Source of the DNA: Convolutriloba macropyga
Lineage: Eukaryota
Direction of reading: 5' to 3'
NCBI RefSeq assembly: GCF_964194025.1
Contig: NC_134480.1
Coordinates: 26,474,001-26,538,000 of the forward strand
Length of the DNA: 64,000 bases
Below, in pieces: positions 60,376-64,000 of the stretch. Position 1 is the stretch's first letter. Each line of letters starts with the position of its first letter. Under the pieces are notes generated by a model. It saw nothing but the letters and a program-made list of their open reading frames with translations, was not told where the DNA came from and did not search any database. The position numbers and the translations under genes are program-made.

Positions 60376-62212
60376 CTGGAAGATAAATTTCAGTTTGAGA
60401 CGCGGCCGTGGTTTTGGTTATAAGTGATATGAAACAGAAGTAATAAGTTATAATAAGTAATAATTGATATGGTAGGTGGGTATTTTGAATGGAAGTTGTA
60501 CTGTTTTGAATCGGAGACATTTTTATTTTACAAGGTAACTGTTAGAGTGTGAAAAGGTTCCCTATCTTTCAAACAGACCACAAATGCAAACATTTATTAT
60601 TATGCGCTATACTGCTGTTATCTTTGCTGCTACTAACGGTACTAGTAGAACTGGTATTGGCGATGAGGTAGCAAAACTAGTACTATAACTGTTTAGTATA
60701 TATCTATTTTGATATACGTTCATGTTTGTTTTTTATTTTGATTGAATGTTGAAAAAGGTGTGAATTCGCGATGGGTTGTTTATTGATCAGAAACAAGACC
60801 GAGTGAAGGTTGGAGGGACTATTCTGTGTAGCAACTACTGCTCATAAATCAAATAGGAGGCAAGTCTTCAAGGCGGAGGAGCCAAGTCCCTTTGATAATT
60901 GGGAAAAGAGGTGGGATGGATAGGTGGGAAAATAAACAAGGTAAACAAGGATATTAAATTTTCAAACCTCAACCTCCCACCCCTTAAAAGAACAACCATA
61001 ATCTAATCATATGTCCATCCGTTTTTAATAGCCTATTTTAATAAAATTGTCTTCATAAATACCCATAGCACAATTTATAATCAATTTTTCCTCTAATAGC
61101 GTGATTGAATGTTTCAAATCACGGCAGCCATATATTTATATAAACCAAAATTATAACTCTTCAATATTTAACCAGAATGATTTGATTTATACATATGATA
61201 ACTGAAAAACCGCACGTCGTTTTCGGACAAAAATCTTATTCAGGCGAATTAGAAAAGCGTATTTATTTCACATTTCAATATTTTCTTTGTACTTCTTTTA
61301 ATCTTCTTAATCAATTGATCGATAATTCCATTAATCTTTTACTTGAAAGTTTAAATGTGGCAAGAATGTGATAGTAATCGGTTAAACGTTTTTTTTTCAA
61401 AGAAAACTGTTCAAAAGGCATTGAATTAACAAAGATGGATTTGTAATAGTTTGTATTTCCATTTAGTAAAACTGTTATCAATAAAATTTCTACTTTTCAA
61501 AGACAATGATAACAATTTTTACTCCGTCTCAATATGAAATTACAAGAAGGTATGTGATGGGAAAATACATAAAATCTTATACCGTACTCAAGTTTCAAAT
61601 ATTTGCGAAATTTTTGTGGTCAAAAATTCAATTATTTCAACAAAAAAATAGCTCAAATTTGATTAGTAACAAAAATTTATTATAAGCAGAGAAAAATGCG
61701 ACTAGTATAAAAAATTCCAATTTTTTAATTATTCAAAAGAATAATCATTATGAAAAAAATTATGTGGGCGTATGATTGAGACTCTAAGAATGCAGCCATA
61801 AATTAAATACTGAGGACAAGGAAACTCAACAATTTGGGTTTTTCAACAAGCACCAAGCAATCCAATCAACACTATCTCCAAATTTCTAAATTATTTAAAG
61901 AAAAGGTTGCGTATTTTAAGAAAAAATGGTGCGTAGGGTTTTGAGATGGGTACACTGAATAAAGCAGGCTCTTGCTCCTTGCATTACATTATAGGTCTCT
62001 TGTCCAAACAAAGCAGTTGAATAGATTAGAAGGCGCTCGGTCTGAAAAACTTCAAATATTTCAAGTACAAGTTGAAGTTGATATATTTCAACTTCAAGTA
62101 TAACCATCAACTACTTACATTACTAAAACCGTAGTAAGCAAACACAAATAAAACGAAGACAAAAAGGGGAACTAAGGGGTGCTGGAATTGCGGGGTCCTG
62201 GAACATACATTA

Positions 62213-62747
62213 GGAGCGTCTACCGGTACCAAATTTTGCGAGTATATTTATTCGCTTTTTAGGCAGATTCATTTCGTATGTTAATACATTGTGCGTGTGA
62301 AGCATACTTTTTTATTTTGAGGACAAAAGGCATTGCTTAATGGGAAAATCCAGTCAGTGTTTTTGACTTTTAATCTGGAAATTGAAAAAGAAAATTGCTT
62401 TGAAAAAACACTTCACTTGTCGGTATAAAAATGTGTCCTATAATGTTAAATCTAGTATAATTTTCACGTTTTGGCAAAAAAAACTTGCAATTATTTTTTG
62501 AACCCTTATTTAATTGTCTTATAATGGCTTTCTTTCAAAACGGATTAAATTTTACGAAATATACGTGCAGCCGAACGTAACTACTTTTCGTATTTTATTG
62601 ATACTACTGTGGAATTTAAGGCTCATAATTGCTTTGTGGAAACCGTTTTCGCAGAATTTAAGCGCCTTCCGCATTGAACGGAAGGCAGCACAATCAAGCG
62701 CCTGCGACGTTTTTTGGAAAAAGTTTTTCGGCACCGGTAGACGCTCG
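62213..62747. mobile_element. MITE with ~25-bp TIRs, possibly PIF/Harbinger-type (TTA flanks)
   Basis: GGAGCGTCTACCGGTACC versus GGCACCGGTAGACGCTCG with TTA on both sides. The inverted symmetry may extend ~11 bp further, so the superfamily is uncertain. Confidence 0.65.
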
Positions 62748-63610
62748 TTATGTATATGTTTTTTTAAAAGTTTCAACTCATGTTGCAAACCGTTAGTTCA
62801 AAACTATTTTTGTTTCAAATGAGCATTGCTGATACGTATCTCAAAAGCTTAAGGACCCCTCATTTTTTTGTGTTTTTTTGCTTGCGTTTGCTCATTACAG
62901 TTTTAGTGATCAACTATTTATATTTATTATTAATATTGATACGAGTGTTTCAGGTAAGTGTTTGCCTGATACCTGACAATGAAGCAGCGTATTTCTCTCT
63001 CGAGAAAATTTAGTTTGCAGACTATATAAATTAATACGCAATCATTTGTTTTTGGTAAAAATCACAAAACAGTTGACAGCTAGAAAAATCACTACATAGA
63101 ATACAAAAGAAAACAATTTCTAATTTTTTTGTTCAATAAAAAAACATAAATTTTTAAAATCAAACAAACAACTACTTTACAAATTTGCTAGCAGAATTTT
63201 AGAGAACCCAATTCATTTTTGAGTGAACGTGTTGCTAATGTGAAGCTGTTTTTCATCTTAGATGCCCATTAGTCACAGTGTTTAATTTTATAAACCATGA
63301 CACTAGTTGACTTCTGATATATGTTTAAAACAACATATACCACATGAAAGAACTAAACTCTTCTCATCATTTCCATCATTTCCCTTAGTTCATTTTTATC
63401 GTGTAACCAGACTTTATTCATTTTGAACTAATTTTTTAAATTCTATTTGTTTCGATTTAAAAGTTTGTTTTTAAGTCAAAACTTTGCTATCATGTTCTAA
63501 TCGTAAACCATTGGGTGTAGTAAGTGATAATGAATTTCTACAGATAAACTTCAACGCAAAATAAATGTGACTGAAATCCGAGCTGAATAAAAAATATATA
63601 CACTACTTAC

Positions 63611-63952
63611 ATTCAACATTAACCTGAAGACTCTGGTTAATTTTCTGTGGAAACTTTTCATTCCAAGCACTGCATGTGTAGTAGCCTGAATGGTGTTTTG
63701 TAATGTCTTTGATCTCCAGTCTAATCACAGCCATGCCACCTTCGTTCAAGTGTGAACTAGTCGATGCCATTAGAATGACGTCAGGCACCTTCGACTTTGG
63801 GTTCGAGGTCTGGGGCAAGCTAGGAATGAAACTCCATTCATTTCGGGATGAAGGAAGTCCTTCGTCAAATGCGCAAGTTAAAGTGAGAGAGTCACCCTCT
63901 TGTGCTCGGTAGAACCCACTAGCAGGGTGCATATTCATGTTCTTTGGGGGAC
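63611..63952 (-). CDS. IgSF gene exon: complete I-set-like Ig domain
   Basis: Acceptor tacttcag; PPKNMNM..EGDSLTLTCAFDEGLPSSRNEW..LEIKDITKHHSGYYTCSAWN..LQVNVE; donor gtaagt; 342 nt, phase 1-1. Confidence 0.95.
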
Positions 63953-64000
63953 CTGAAGTAAAAACCCGGGTTGGTGCTTGACAGCGACCAAGAACATTAT

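Larger units (their letters stand above)
32122..63952 (-). other. Span of IgSF single-pass receptor gene (3' part: Ig-Ig-Ig-FN3-TM-tail), nephrin/Kirrel/Sidestep-like; 5' exons outside window
   Basis: Seven exons with GT-AG boundaries whose phases join into one frame: NVE-Y-LPAQP, LEVL-F-PPEI, KVH-S-EINQ, TEA-V-KPSAP, WFQ-(gap)-YQTEY, VAK-S-SLSQ. Confidence 0.9.

Noticed and set aside
32122-63952. Assigning a gene symbol such as NPHS1 or side
   Set aside because: The domain order is compatible with several IgSF families, the 5' exons are outside the window, and orthology cannot be shown without a phylogeny.

Overview
AT-rich animal (eukaryotic) genomic DNA; no prokaryotic features, CRISPR arrays, rRNA or intact tRNA were seen. 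The right half (about 32.1-64 kb) holds the 3' part of one minus-strand intron-containing gene. Seven phase-compatible exons encode ...Ig-Ig-Ig-FN3-transmembrane-short tail, a nephrin/Kirrel/Sidestep-like IgSF receptor. Its introns contain MITEs, a Helentron-type element, a 450-N gap and a near-identical 4.2-kb tandem duplication. The left half is a graveyard of decayed retroelements. At 382-11460 a three-level nest can be reconstructed: a CRE-clade element is split by a Penelope-like element (12-bp TSD, pseudo-LTRs with hammerhead remnants), which is itself split by a full-length CR1 LINE (5-bp TSD). Two more Penelope-like copies, a second CRE element interrupted by a HINE, and several LINE relics follow. 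Two observations stand out. (1) A PHD finger sits inside the reverse-transcriptase core, between motifs B' and C, in three diverged Penelope-like copies. (2) A separate upstream SGNH/esterase-like ORF plus a PHD-type finger occurs in all three unrelated retroelement classes, and the CR1 and Penelope upstream ORFs are recognisably homologous. All translations and alignments were done by eye; boundaries of decayed elements are approximate.
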